From the IMG/VR virus record IMGVR_UViG_3300031760_000155: a DNA stretch of 43,146 nucleotides. One strand, given 5' to 3'. The translations under genes and the position numbers were made by a program. The notes under the pieces were generated by a model. It saw only the letters and a list, made by a program, of their open reading frames with translations. It had not been told where the DNA came from and did not search any database. Source of the stretch: a virus. Positions 16,053 through 24,898 of this stretch are shown in pieces (positions within the stretch are counted from its first letter, which is position 1; the number at the start of each line of letters is the position of its first letter).

Positions 16053-19000
16053 AAAAAGAACTACCATTCGAAAAATACAAGACACACCTCTTTGACTATT
16101 TGCGCCTGCACGGAATTAACGCTGAATCCGGGCAAATGATCTGTTGTCCCTGGCACGATGACCCCACACCTTCCCTTTCCTTTTTCACAGACAGCGACGG
16201 CTTCCCCCGATTCAAATGCTTTGGTTGCGGAAAGCAGGGAGACATCTACAGTGCCGTGGAATTCTGCGAGGGCATCACCGACGCTAAAAAACAGTTTGAA
16301 GAAATAGAAAACATTTTCGGAACTGGCGGGGACATTTCAAAGCAGTTTGTCCCGCCGCCAAAAAAAGAAAAGTACCAGTTTGTCCCGGACAGGGAAAAGC
16401 TGGCAAAAATTCAAAAGTGGCTCGACGGCCTTGAACACAAAAAAGAAAACATCCTGTCTTATTTCCGCACCCGCGCGGAATACAAGACCGCAGGGGAGCA
16501 GTCAAGCTACCCTCTCAACCCCTACGAGCTTGACCGCCTGGCATCCTTTTTCTTCTGGTGGCCGGGCGCATCACAGGCCGTGGCAGAGTTTGGCAACACG
16601 TTCCTTTTTTCTGCCGGAGTTCCCTATAAAAAAAGCAAGAACGGCTCGCGCATTGTGGAAGAATTTCAAAATGCAGAGGACTTCCCAAAAGAAGGTGCTG
16701 CCGGAAAGATTTATCTTGAACAAAAAACCGACACCTGTTTTTTCTGGAATGAAACAAGCAAAAGCTATGAAAAGGCAAAGGAAGACCCCCGCGAGCTTGC
16801 CTGGTGGCATTCCGGCATTCTTGCAAAGTCCCCGGACGGCATGAAGCTTCTTTATATGAATGAAAAGGACTTTGAAAGCATGAAGGTAAACCCGCGCACG
16901 GGAGTGTCCTTCTTCCCCATTCCGGGAGAGCTTCCAACGGAAAAGCCTGTTGTCCTTATGGAGGGCGAAATAGATGCAATCCTTTGCCAGTCCATCGGCA
17001 TAGGGAACGCTTTTTCCATGGGTGGTCTGGGAAACCTTTCTGTCCCAAAAATTAAAAAGTTTTTGATGCCAAAAAAAATCCCGGAAATAATTCTTTTTGC
17101 TGACAATGACAAAGCCCCTAAGTGCCAGAGCCAAAAGGCTTTCGGCATGATGCCTTATGCAGAAGGCGATGCTGTTGTACAGACAATCCCGGAAAAGCTT
17201 TTGGAAGCGGGCTTTGAAGGAAAAATAAAGGTAACTTCCCTCCCGCCCGAATGTCCATACAAAGACCCGGACGATGCCATCCGCAACGGAAAGCGGCAGC
17301 TTGTCTTTGATGCCATAGCCAATGCCTTGGATTATGTCGCACCAAAAAAGCCGGAAAAGAAGACGGCAAAAAAGGAAGCAGAAAAAAGCCAGCCAAAAAA
17401 AATCCGGGGTACTGTTTACCAGGAATGGGACACAATCCCATTAAAATTTTACAAATCCCTTTTGAAAAAATTCAAATGGTCCAACCTCCAGGAAGAAGAC
17501 AAGAAGCCCTTTGTGTGCGCCGCATACAAGGCCTGCAAAGAAGACGGCGCACTGGATGCGCTCATAAGCTTTACCAACAATGACTTTGACAAGGAAGCAA
17601 TAGAAAAAGCCTCGGAGCTTTCCGCAACTCCCTTCTACCTCTTGGAACTTGGCGAAAAGTATGAGCTTTCAAAGTTCATAATTGACAAGCTGGAAGAGCA
17701 TCTTGTTCCGGCAAAAGAAATCCTGCGCATTTTTAAAATCGAAGAGACTGTTGTCCCTGTTGACTACGAGGCAATGGCAGAAAATGAAAATTTGATCGCT
17801 TTTATAGAAAAGAAGGACAACTTCTTTGCCGCTTGCGTTATAGCCGATGCAACGGACGGCAATATTATTTATGTTGAAAAGGAGAAAGCTCATTATGCGT
17901 TCCGAGGCGTTGCTTGGGAGCGTCTGCCAGGCCTTGCCGTGGAAGCACACAAAATTCTTCAAAACATTCTTTTAACTTACTTGGAAAAAAATCTGTCCCA
18001 GAAGGACGTTATCAATAAAATTTTAAAGCAAATCGGAAGCCGCCGGTTCCGACTTGACCTTGTTAAAGACTTCAATGAATTCCGCGGTGAGACCTACCGC
18101 GAAGAGGTCATGTTCGACAGTGTACCTATACAGGCTACGCTCACCATGCAGGACGGTGTTGTTGATTTTTCTGGAGACAAGCTCATTTACCGTAAGGCAA
18201 CGCGCGAAGAGTACCGCCGTGCAGTCCTTCCCTACACCATCGGGCAAATTAAAAAAGCCGGAAAGCCAGAGCAGTTCTTGAAGCTCCTGGAAGGAGACTT
18301 TGAAAAGCCCAGCGTGGAAACGTTGCAAAGAAACTCCGTAACAACTGTAAAAACTTTGCTTTACTATCTGTCATTAGTCCAGAGCAGAAACACCCAGTAT
18401 AAATACGGCGGCTTTTTCCTTGGTCATGGTGGTACTGGAAAATCTACACTTTGTTCAATAATAGATGCTATCTACCCGGACAATTGCACGCAGCTCCAGA
18501 ACGAAATTTTAATTTCTGTGGGAAAACGCTTCCAAAGTTCAAACGGCCCTACACCGGAAATTGCAAAACTGGAAGGTAAACTTATAGCATTTGTCCAGGA
18601 GACCCCTAAAGATGGACGGCTCAACACTAATACGTTCAAACTGTTGACAGGCGGCGATAAACTTTCCGCCCGCTTCCTTAACCGCGACCCGCACGAATTT
18701 TTCCCCACGGCACAAATCCTTGTAAGCTCAAACAATTCCCCGGACTTTGAACACGGAGATGATGCCGCAATTAAAAGAATGATAATTTTCCGCTTCAACA
18801 TTGAGCATGAAAAAGGATTAAAGGAAAGCAAAACTCCCAAAGAATTTATCGAAGAATTGCGCCCGGAATTTCCTGCCATAATCAAGATGCTCGCGGAGCA
18901 CTACATAGAACTGCATACAGTGTTCAAGGGTAAAATCCCCATGAGCACGGAATGTGTAAACGAAAAAAACCTCTATGTCCAGGAACAGGAAAAGGACACT

Positions 19001-19465
19001 GACCGTTTCGTAAAGCTTTGCATCCGCTACGCCTTCACCGACAACGATGCATTCATAACTAGCCGTGACCTTTATTTGATTTACCTTAATTTACTTGGCA
19101 TCCAGGAAGGCTCCAAGGAAGCTGCAACACAAAGGCAATTCACTACATGGTTAAAGGCAGACTACAAGGAGTTCCGCCGTTCATACAAGCAAAAACGTCT
19201 GGACGGCAGCGCAAACCCTGAATGGGGCTTTGAGCACATTGCCCTGACTGACTACGGCAAGGAACTTCTAAAGCAAACCCCGCCCGAACCAAGTGACCAG
19301 CTGGGCTTTGACCAGTCCGCAACACCGCCGGACGATGACCCCTTTGCCAATGCAAGCTTTGCCCCACCACCCAAAAAGAAGGCAGCAAAGAAAAAGCCGG
19401 AAGCATCATTAAAGATGCCGGAGCCAGAAGAAGACACTGGCAACGATGACTTTGACATTTACTAG
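16049..19465 (+). CDS. Primase-helicase fusion (CHC2 zinc finger, TOPRIM, D5/P4-type SF3 helicase)
   Basis: CCPWHDDPTPSLSFF...FKCFGCG (CHC2); MEGEIDAIL and FADNDKA (TOPRIM); GHGGTGKST Walker A with downstream LIAFVQE (Walker B-like); Lys/Pro-rich acidic C-terminal tail. Confidence 0.85.
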   Translation: MKKELPFEKYKTHLFDYLRLHGINAESGQMICCPWHDDPTPSLSFFTDSDGFPRFKCFGCGKQGDIYSAVEFCEGITDAKKQFEEIENIFGTGGDISKQFVPPPKKEKYQFVPDREKLAKIQKWLDGLEHKKENILSYFRTRAEYKTAGEQSSYPLNPYELDRLASFFFWWPGASQAVAEFGNTFLFSAGVPYKKSKNGSRIVEEFQNAEDFPKEGAAGKIYLEQKTDTCFFWNETSKSYEKAKEDPRELAWWHSGILAKSPDGMKLLYMNEKDFESMKVNPRTGVSFFPIPGELPTEKPVVLMEGEIDAILCQSIGIGNAFSMGGLGNLSVPKIKKFLMPKKIPEIILFADNDKAPKCQSQKAFGMMPYAEGDAVVQTIPEKLLEAGFEGKIKVTSLPPECPYKDPDDAIRNGKRQLVFDAIANALDYVAPKKPEKKTAKKEAEKSQPKKIRGTVYQEWDTIPLKFYKSLLKKFKWSNLQEEDKKPFVCAAYKACKEDGALDALISFTNNDFDKEAIEKASELSATPFYLLELGEKYELSKFIIDKLEEHLVPAKEILRIFKIEETVVPVDYEAMAENENLIAFIEKKDNFFAACVIADATDGNIIYVEKEKAHYAFRGVAWERLPGLAVEAHKILQNILLTYLEKNLSQKDVINKILKQIGSRRFRLDLVKDFNEFRGETYREEVMFDSVPIQATLTMQDGVVDFSGDKLIYRKATREEYRRAVLPYTIGQIKKAGKPEQFLKLLEGDFEKPSVETLQRNSVTTVKTLLYYLSLVQSRNTQYKYGGFFLGHGGTGKSTLCSIIDAIYPDNCTQLQNEILISVGKRFQSSNGPTPEIAKLEGKLIAFVQETPKDGRLNTNTFKLLTGGDKLSARFLNRDPHEFFPTAQILVSSNNSPDFEHGDDAAIKRMIIFRFNIEHEKGLKESKTPKEFIEELRPEFPAIIKMLAEHYIELHTVFKGKIPMSTECVNEKNLYVQEQEKDTDRFVKLCIRYAFTDNDAFITSRDLYLIYLNLLGIQEGSKEAATQRQFTTWLKADYKEFRRSYKQKRLDGSANPEWGFEHIALTDYGKELLKQTPPEPSDQLGFDQSATPPDDDPFANASFAPPPKKKAAKKKPEASLKMPEPEEDTGNDDFDIY

Positions 19466-19475
19466 GAGGAACAAA

Positions 19476-19856
19476 ATGAAAACTATTTTAAAGGATTTGA
19501 AAATTAATGAGGCAAGTTTTTTTCCAGAGCCAAACGAAATATTCAAAGAAAATAAAAACTTTTCAAACGAATACTGCAAAGTCTGGACCTTTAACGGCCT
19601 GTCCGTCATTGCATCTGTAAGAATAATGGCCGACGGCCTTGAATGGCTGCATGTCTCTTTTTCCAGGGCAAGGAAAATGCCCACCTATACTGATTTGCAG
19701 CTTGTCAAGCGGAATTTTATTGGCGCAGATAAAAAGGCAATAATGATTTTCCCGGAACAAGAAAACTATGTAAACCTGCATCCTAACTGCCTGCACCTTT
19801 GGTATTCAGCACAAAATCCCATCCCGGAATTTTCGATGGGCTTAGGAACAATCTAG
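19476..19856 (+). CDS. Conserved-looking hypothetical phage protein, 126 aa
   Basis: AGGAGGA SD before the ATG at 19476. WLHVSFSRARKMPTYTDL...NLHPNCLHLW motif of unknown function. Confidence 0.6.
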   Translation: MKTILKDLKINEASFFPEPNEIFKENKNFSNEYCKVWTFNGLSVIASVRIMADGLEWLHVSFSRARKMPTYTDLQLVKRNFIGADKKAIMIFPEQENYVNLHPNCLHLWYSAQNPIPEFSMGLGTI

Positions 19857-20009
19857 CAGGCGTTGCCTGAATAGATAAGCCTTGACTGTTTCCCGAAGGC
19901 GCAGGCACAATTTGGAACCGCCCCCCTTTGCGTGGTGCTTAAAGGCGGTGTGCGAAATCCTGCAAAATTGGTTGGCAGCCGGAACAGACGGCAACTTATG
20001 GAGGTTAAA

Positions 20010-20234
20010 ATGCTTATTGCAGCTTATGGGAGAAAAAAAGAAGTTTACCTCGGAGAATTGTCGGAAAGAATTGCGCATCTCGACTTTGACGAAGAAAATG
20101 AAATTTATTTTTCTGGAATAAAATTTCTTTACAAAAAAAAGACAAAAGATTTTCATTATGAAATAGCAGAAAAAATACAAATGAGTAAAGAAGAATTTTA
20201 CGAAAACGTAAAAAGCTTTACGGAAATATTTTAA
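20010..20234 (+). CDS. Hypothetical 74-aa protein
   Basis: GGAGG SD before the ATG at 20010. The longer track version (19932) would start inside a GC-rich non-coding stretch. Confidence 0.5.
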   Translation: MLIAAYGRKKEVYLGELSERIAHLDFDEENEIYFSGIKFLYKKKTKDFHYEIAEKIQMSKEEFYENVKSFTEIF

Positions 20235-20249
20235 AAAGGAGGTTGAATA

Positions 20250-21014
20250 ATGAAAATTGATGGCAAAGTGCATTGTCTTTTTGAGCAATCGGGTACCTTC
20301 AAAAATGAATTTAAGAAGCTGGGGATTCTGGCGGAGGATTATGACATCCAGAATAATTTCGGAGAAACAGACCACGTAATTGATTTGTTCAATGAAATAA
20401 AAGTGGCATACAGGCAACAGGCAACAGGCAACAGGCAACAGGCAACTATATTCGATTCAATCAATCCATGTCAAGACCTGGTTGTTGCTTTTTTCCCTTG
20501 CATATATTTCGAGACGATACAACAGCTTTATTTTTGTCTGGCAAAAAATGAATTGCAGAAAAAACCAAAAACTTGGCAGATAGACTATGCCATCAAAAGA
20601 CTGGAGAAAAGAACTATGTTGCACAAATTGCTTTATAAATTAGCGTGGCTTTCTTATAAGATGAATTTTCGCATGATAATTGAAAACCCTGCGGCATCAC
20701 CTAATTATTTGATAACTGGTCAAAACTTCCCCACTCCTACGATTATTGATAAGAACAGAATGTTAAGGGGAGATGTTTTTAAGAAGCCGACCGCGTATTG
20801 GTTTTTTAATTGCGAACCGACCCGCGGATTTACTTTGCAAAATGATAAGAAACAAAAAATAATTCAAGACTGTCATAGGTCGAACGGCGATGGTTTGTGT
20901 TCAGAAGAAAAAAGCATGATAACCCCAGACTATGCAAGAAATTTTATTTGCGATTTCATTTTGGGTAAAGTCCAACATAATATAGGCGAACCCCAATTTG
21001 ATTTTGGTAATTAA
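20250..21014 (+). CDS. Orphan DNA methyltransferase, C5-cytosine-MTase-like motifs, carrying a heptanucleotide repeat
   Basis: VHCLFEQSGTF (motif I-like), DLVVAFFPCIYFE (PC motif IV-like), IIENPAAS (ENV motif VI-like). AAGGAGG SD upstream. The family assignment is tentative. Confidence 0.6.
   Translation: MKIDGKVHCLFEQSGTFKNEFKKLGILAEDYDIQNNFGETDHVIDLFNEIKVAYRQQATGNRQQATIFDSINPCQDLVVAFFPCIYFETIQQLYFCLAKNELQKKPKTWQIDYAIKRLEKRTMLHKLLYKLAWLSYKMNFRMIIENPAASPNYLITGQNFPTPTIIDKNRMLRGDVFKKPTAYWFFNCEPTRGFTLQNDKKQKIIQDCHRSNGDGLCSEEKSMITPDYARNFICDFILGKVQHNIGEPQFDFGN
20411..20445. repeat. Perfect tandem heptanucleotide repeat (CAGGCAA)x5 inside the MTase ORF
   Basis: Counted base by base. Translated as RQQATGNRQQAT. 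The unit length is not a multiple of 3. Confidence 0.95.
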
Positions 21015-21041
21015 TTTTTTATACAAAGGGAGATTTTTATT

Positions 21042-21308
21042 ATGAAAGATTCTATCTACAAAAAATACTGCGAACAAAAACTTCCGTATGATTTCCAAAA
21101 GAAAGCGGAGGGTTTTGCATCCATGTCCGACACGGTGCAAGAAGAAATGTTCCGCGCGGGCTTTTACTGCGGAAAAAACATCAAGAAAATTTTTCTTGAC
21201 CCAGACCGCCCTGTTCTGGACGACGGCTACATTCTGGTAAAGAAAGAAGATATAAACCTTGACTGGTACAAAAAAGTAAAAGCAGAAATAGCCAAGGAAC
21301 CAAAATGA
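21042..21308 (+). CDS. Hypothetical 88-aa protein
   Basis: ORF with GGGAGA SD in an AT-rich early/accessory block. Confidence 0.55.
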   Translation: MKDSIYKKYCEQKLPYDFQKKAEGFASMSDTVQEEMFRAGFYCGKNIKKIFLDPDRPVLDDGYILVKKEDINLDWYKKVKAEIAKEPK

Positions 21309-21589
21309 CTAAAGAAGAGCTTATTAACAGCATAAGGAATGCGGAATATTTCATTGAGCAAAACGCAGCTTATTACCATGCAAAGGAAAGCGACTGCCCC
21401 GATTCATTCAAGTTCCTTATGCTCCTTAACGGCTGGCACAATCCCTTTATCGCCCTTAGCGAGCTTCTGAAAGTCATTTACACAAACGAGATGCTCTTGA
21501 AAAGAAATGGAATGAAAAAGGGCTATAAGAGCCGCTACCGAGAAATGGAAAAGCTGGTCCAGGAACATTCAACAGCTAAGGAGATGTAA
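21305..21589 (+). CDS. Hypothetical 94-aa protein
   Basis: ATGA coupling to the previous ORF. Confidence 0.55.
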   Translation: MTKEELINSIRNAEYFIEQNAAYYHAKESDCPDSFKFLMLLNGWHNPFIALSELLKVIYTNEMLLKRNGMKKGYKSRYREMEKLVQEHSTAKEM

Positions 21590-21595
21590 AAAAAA

Positions 21596-21823
21596 ATGAA
21601 TTGCCCTAGATGGATGTTTTCCTTTACTTATGTCTATTTAACAGGCGAATGGTCTTTTGCTTGTATTTATGCAGACGATTTAATAAGCGCGCAAGAAAAA
21701 TTTGAACGAATCCCAAGCGGTTTGTATTTTATAAAAACAATCGACCGTAAGGACAATGTTTACCATGCTGGAGAGAAGAACTTTGTGCCAGATACACGGA
21801 TTTATGACGTGAATGAGAAATAG
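21596..21823 (+). CDS. Hypothetical 75-aa protein
   Basis: ORF in the same block; no motif recognised. Confidence 0.5.
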   Translation: MNCPRWMFSFTYVYLTGEWSFACIYADDLISAQEKFERIPSGLYFIKTIDRKDNVYHAGEKNFVPDTRIYDVNEK

Positions 21824-21832
21824 GAAGTTCAA

Positions 21833-22129
21833 ATGACAGATAAGAAAAAACAAAAAATCTTAAAACTTGTAGAAAGGGCAGAAAATACATTTACTTCTTA
21901 TCTTACAATTTGTCAGCAAATTACAAGATTGATACAAGAAGAAACAAATGAAGAAATAATAGATGTTTTGAAACAAATGTCAGATGGAATTTGTGTAGTT
22001 ATAAATCGAGAAGACGGAGCACCACTAAACATTCCTGTTGATGAATATTTACAAGAGATTGAAAATGACAGTCAAACAGATAGAAGAAAAAGCGGACTTG
22101 TTTCTAAGCCAAGACAACAAAATGCTTGA
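21833..22129 (+). CDS. Hypothetical 98-aa protein
   Basis: ORF in the same block. Its 3' end overlaps the next ORF. Confidence 0.5.
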   Translation: MTDKKKQKILKLVERAENTFTSYLTICQQITRLIQEETNEEIIDVLKQMSDGICVVINREDGAPLNIPVDEYLQEIENDSQTDRRKSGLVSKPRQQNA

Positions 22130-22331
22130 CAAATACATGGATGACATAATATGTTATTCGATGGGTATGGTAGAAATGAAGGGACACTTTGTTGTAGGGG
22201 CTTATGACGGAAAGAATTTTTCCGGGACGGAGTACGACAGCAAGAACAATGAGCTGGGGCAGGTGTCTTACAACAAGGAAGAATTTTCAGAAAACATACA
22301 AAGGTTTCACATAGTAAGGGGTGAGGAATGA
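22038..22331 (+). CDS. Hypothetical protein; start uncertain (in-frame ATGs at 22065 and 22122)
   Basis: Track ORF. A start at 22122 would reduce the overlap with the previous gene to 8 nt. Confidence 0.45.
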   Translation: MMNIYKRLKMTVKQIEEKADLFLSQDNKMLDKYMDDIICYSMGMVEMKGHFVVGAYDGKNFSGTEYDSKNNELGQVSYNKEEFSENIQRFHIVRGEE

Positions 22332-22582
22332 GGTATTACAAACTAAATGAAATATATGTGGAGTATGACGAATTGCATGGAAATTTTTATCATTGGAACT
22401 CTATCACGAGGATAGGGAAGAAAGATAAAATTTCTGAACGAACGGCAAGAAAACTGGTGGCAAAAATTTTAACTCCGATTTTTGAATATGAATTTAGAGA
22501 GATGTTTGACCATGTTGTATGGTTAAAAACCCCCGCTATTGAATATATAACAATCGAATGCTGTATAAAAAAGGAGGCTTAA
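22328..22582 (+). CDS. Hypothetical 84-aa protein
   Basis: ATGA coupling to the previous ORF. Confidence 0.55.
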   Translation: MRYYKLNEIYVEYDELHGNFYHWNSITRIGKKDKISERTARKLVAKILTPIFEYEFREMFDHVVWLKTPAIEYITIECCIKKEA

Positions 22583-22600
22583 CGTGGAGGATTAAAGAAA

Positions 22601-22936
22601 ATGAAAATTTACATTGCCGGAAAAATAAGTGGCGAAAAGCGTTTTGAGATGCAGGAAAAATTTTATGACGCGGCAGCCTTCCTTACCAGTAGAGGAAACG
22701 AGCCGTTCATTCCAAGCATCCTCCCAGCCTACGAAGATGTGCCGCATGAAGACTACCTTCACATTTGCTACGCAATGATAGACATTTGCGATGCAATCTA
22801 CATGCTAAGGGACTGGCAGCAAAGCAAAGGCGCACGCCTGGAATTGCAGTATGCCGCTGATTGGAAAAAGGACATCTACTACCAAGACCCTGCCACAATA
22901 GAAGAAAACTTCCCGGTAAGACATGATCTTGGCTGA
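22601..22936 (+). CDS. DUF4406 / nucleoside 2-deoxyribosyltransferase-like protein
   Basis: MKIYIAGKISG...CDAIYMLRDWQQSKGARLELQYA matches the YIAGPI(S/T)G...CDA...W..S.GA..E pattern. Confidence 0.65.
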   Translation: MKIYIAGKISGEKRFEMQEKFYDAAAFLTSRGNEPFIPSILPAYEDVPHEDYLHICYAMIDICDAIYMLRDWQQSKGARLELQYAADWKKDIYYQDPATIEENFPVRHDLG

Positions 22937-23234
22937 AAAAAAAGAAGAGTGTCATGGCAAGGACATAATTGTCCTTACCATATACGCCCTTGAAGACGGC
23001 AGCTTCACATTCTCACTCCAGTGTGCCGTAGCCGGAATAATCCGCGCCGCCTACCCGCACCAGTTGCCGGACAAATACGCATCCCCCGCAAGCGCAAAAA
23101 CCGCCGCCCTTGCCCTACTTAAGAACTGGACCGCTCAAAGCCGCACCGCCAAAGCCCGCCTAAAAGAATTCGGCATCACTTTCTGCGACACCCAGCTGGA
23201 ATTTAACTTTGACATCCAAGAAGAAAACGGATAA
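22923..23234 (+). CDS. Hypothetical 103-aa protein, last plus-strand early gene
   Basis: Track ORF. Its 3' end converges on and overlaps the RT gene end by 32 nt. Confidence 0.5.
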   Translation: MILAEKKEECHGKDIIVLTIYALEDGSFTFSLQCAVAGIIRAAYPHQLPDKYASPASAKTAALALLKNWTAQSRTAKARLKEFGITFCDTQLEFNFDIQEENG

Positions 23235-24174
23235 CCTTTAAAAGTTGCCGAACATAAAACATGTAGTTGTCTGTATGCACTGCATGTCCGCACATACTCG
23301 CAATACTTTTACAAAATTTTTCTGCTTTAACTTCTCCTTTTAGAAATTTATTCACAAACCTTCTTGTTTTATAAATAGTTTGCTTTTTTATCATTTTACC
23401 TTTTGGGTAAATTTTATAACCTACAAATTCAACGCCTTTTGCAATTTTTCCTATTGTAGTCTTTTTATTTAATTTTAGAAAAAGTTTTGTATTCAAAAAA
23501 TATTCTATTAAATGCAAAACTCGTTTTAACTCGGATTTATTTCCAAGCAAAATAAAATCGTCCATATAACGCACATAAAATTTTATTTTCAAATTTTGTT
23601 TTACAAATTTATCAAGCTCATTTAAATATAAATTTGCCGTAAGCTGACTTAATCTATTCCCGATTTTTATACCTTTTTCTGGATTATCTTTATGTAAAAT
23701 CTGAAATATTAAATTTAAAGTCCTTATGTCTGATATATGTCTTTTATAAAGTTCAAAAGCTATATCAAGATCTACATTATAAAAATATTTTTCAATATCG
23801 CATTTTAAATAATATTCTGTTTTGTTTTTGCCTATAAAATAACTAAGTCTATTGGCAGCTTTTAATGCACCTTTTTCTTTTAAACAGGCATAACTATCAT
23901 AAATAAAAGTTTTAATTATTTCTGGTTCTATCACATTACAAAGGGCACTTTGGACAACTCTATCACGATAAGGCAATGCATTTATTTCACGTCTTTTTGG
24001 TTCGTATTTTATAAATGTATAAAAATCGCCTAATTTGTATAAATTCCATAATAATTCATTTTGTAATTGTATTAAATTTTCTTCTAAATGATTATAAAAT
24101 TTTAATGATGCAGCTTTATAAGCTGCAAGTAAATTGTCAAAACTGCAAATTTTTTCAAAAATATTTTCCATCAT
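23203..24174 (-). CDS. DGR reverse transcriptase
   Basis: IGNRLSQLTANLYLNELD (DGR-typical SQ motif) and YMDDFILLG (YxDD catalytic box). About 320 aa. Adjacent to TR and avd. Confidence 0.9.
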   Translation of the reverse strand: MMENIFEKICSFDNLLAAYKAASLKFYNHLEENLIQLQNELLWNLYKLGDFYTFIKYEPKRREINALPYRDRVVQSALCNVIEPEIIKTFIYDSYACLKEKGALKAANRLSYFIGKNKTEYYLKCDIEKYFYNVDLDIAFELYKRHISDIRTLNLIFQILHKDNPEKGIKIGNRLSQLTANLYLNELDKFVKQNLKIKFYVRYMDDFILLGNKSELKRVLHLIEYFLNTKLFLKLNKKTTIGKIAKGVEFVGYKIYPKGKMIKKQTIYKTRRFVNKFLKGEVKAEKFCKSIASMCGHAVHTDNYMFYVRQLLKVIRFLLGCQS

Positions 24175-24190
24175 ATATTTTTTTTAATTA

Positions 24191-24222
24191 TAAAAAACAG
24201 GAAGGTTCGCAAACCTTCCTGT
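24191..24222 (-). terminator. 11-bp stem hairpin plus T run between TR and RT (DGR spacer structure or attenuator)
   Basis: Minus sense ACAGGAAGGTT-TGCG-AACCTTCCTGT followed by TTTTTA, ending about 17 nt upstream of the RT ATG. Confidence 0.5.
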
Positions 24223-24336
24223 CAGTAAATGATTTTAGTTTATATAAAAAAACTAAAGACGACTAATCTGATTCAAACTCCTAAAAAGAGCAACCACTGC
24301 TAAAAATCCGTAAACATTTTAGCTTCCTTTTTTTTT

Positions 24337-24470
24337 GAATCACAGGCAAGCCGGGAGCCAATGTTGCATTCACATTCCAAGGAGAATTGTTCCCATTGAC
24401 CGTGCGCGGGCCATAGTGAACCCCTTCATTCCAGTTGCCACCGCAAATGAAAGCGCGCAAACCTTCGCTG
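24337..24470 (-). repeat. DGR template repeat (TR), 134 nt
   Basis: Near-identical to 24894-25028. Abuts the avd stop codon (24473-24475). Confidence 0.9.
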
Positions 24471-24472
24471 CA

Positions 24473-24847
24473 TTAGCCGCCTTGTTTTATTAAGCCGCCC
24501 AAAATACGCCCTAATTCTGCCATCATTTTTTCAGCTGTCTCATAGCTTTTTAATGACAAATATTTTGAACCTTTGGAATAAGCAAAGCGAATGTAAAAGC
24601 GTAAAATCTCAAACTCTGTATCAATTTTGTACCAACCTTCGTTTTTTCTGGCGCTTCGATTAGTTCTTATTATTAACTCTATAATGCGATGTAAACAGTT
24701 TTTTATATCTGTCTCAAGTGCAAAGTGTTCATAATGCGGGAACTTTTCAATCCTTGGTTCAAAATAAATTATAAAATCTTCAAATTTTCTAAACAAGATT
24801 AAATTTTGAACATTTCCTGCTCGAAAATTTATGTTTGCTGTTTTCAT
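24473..24847 (-). CDS. avd: Accessory variability determinant (Avd, four-helix-bundle protein)
   Basis: 124 aa, basic helical protein (KFPHYEHFALETDIKNCLHRIIELIIRTN...) located between the target gene and TR, as in BPP-1-type DGRs. Confidence 0.8.
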   Translation of the reverse strand: MKTANINFRAGNVQNLILFRKFEDFIIYFEPRIEKFPHYEHFALETDIKNCLHRIIELIIRTNRSARKNEGWYKIDTEFEILRFYIRFAYSKGSKYLSLKSYETAEKMMAELGRILGGLIKQGG

Positions 24848-24880
24848 AAAACCAGATTTCCAGAATTTCAGAAAACAGGT

Positions 24881-24898
24881 GATTCGCTAACGCGAATC
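24881..24898 (-). promoter_or_regulatory. VR-flanking hairpin (7-bp stem, 4-nt loop) overlapping the target stop codon
   Basis: GATTCGC-TAAC-GCGAATC on the plus strand. Absent at the equivalent TR end, where the sequence runs into a T run. Confidence 0.7.

Noticed and set aside
19842-20438. 198-aa minus-strand ORF rich in F/I/K
   Set aside because: It is antisense to plus-strand genes that have SD sites, and its composition is typical of a shadow ORF in AT-rich DNA.
23203-24174. RT as a retron or group II intron reverse transcriptase
   Set aside because: There is an adjacent Avd-like gene and a TR/VR pair with adenine-biased differences. No maturase/En domains, no intron-like RNA domains and no msr/msd-like inverted repeats were seen.
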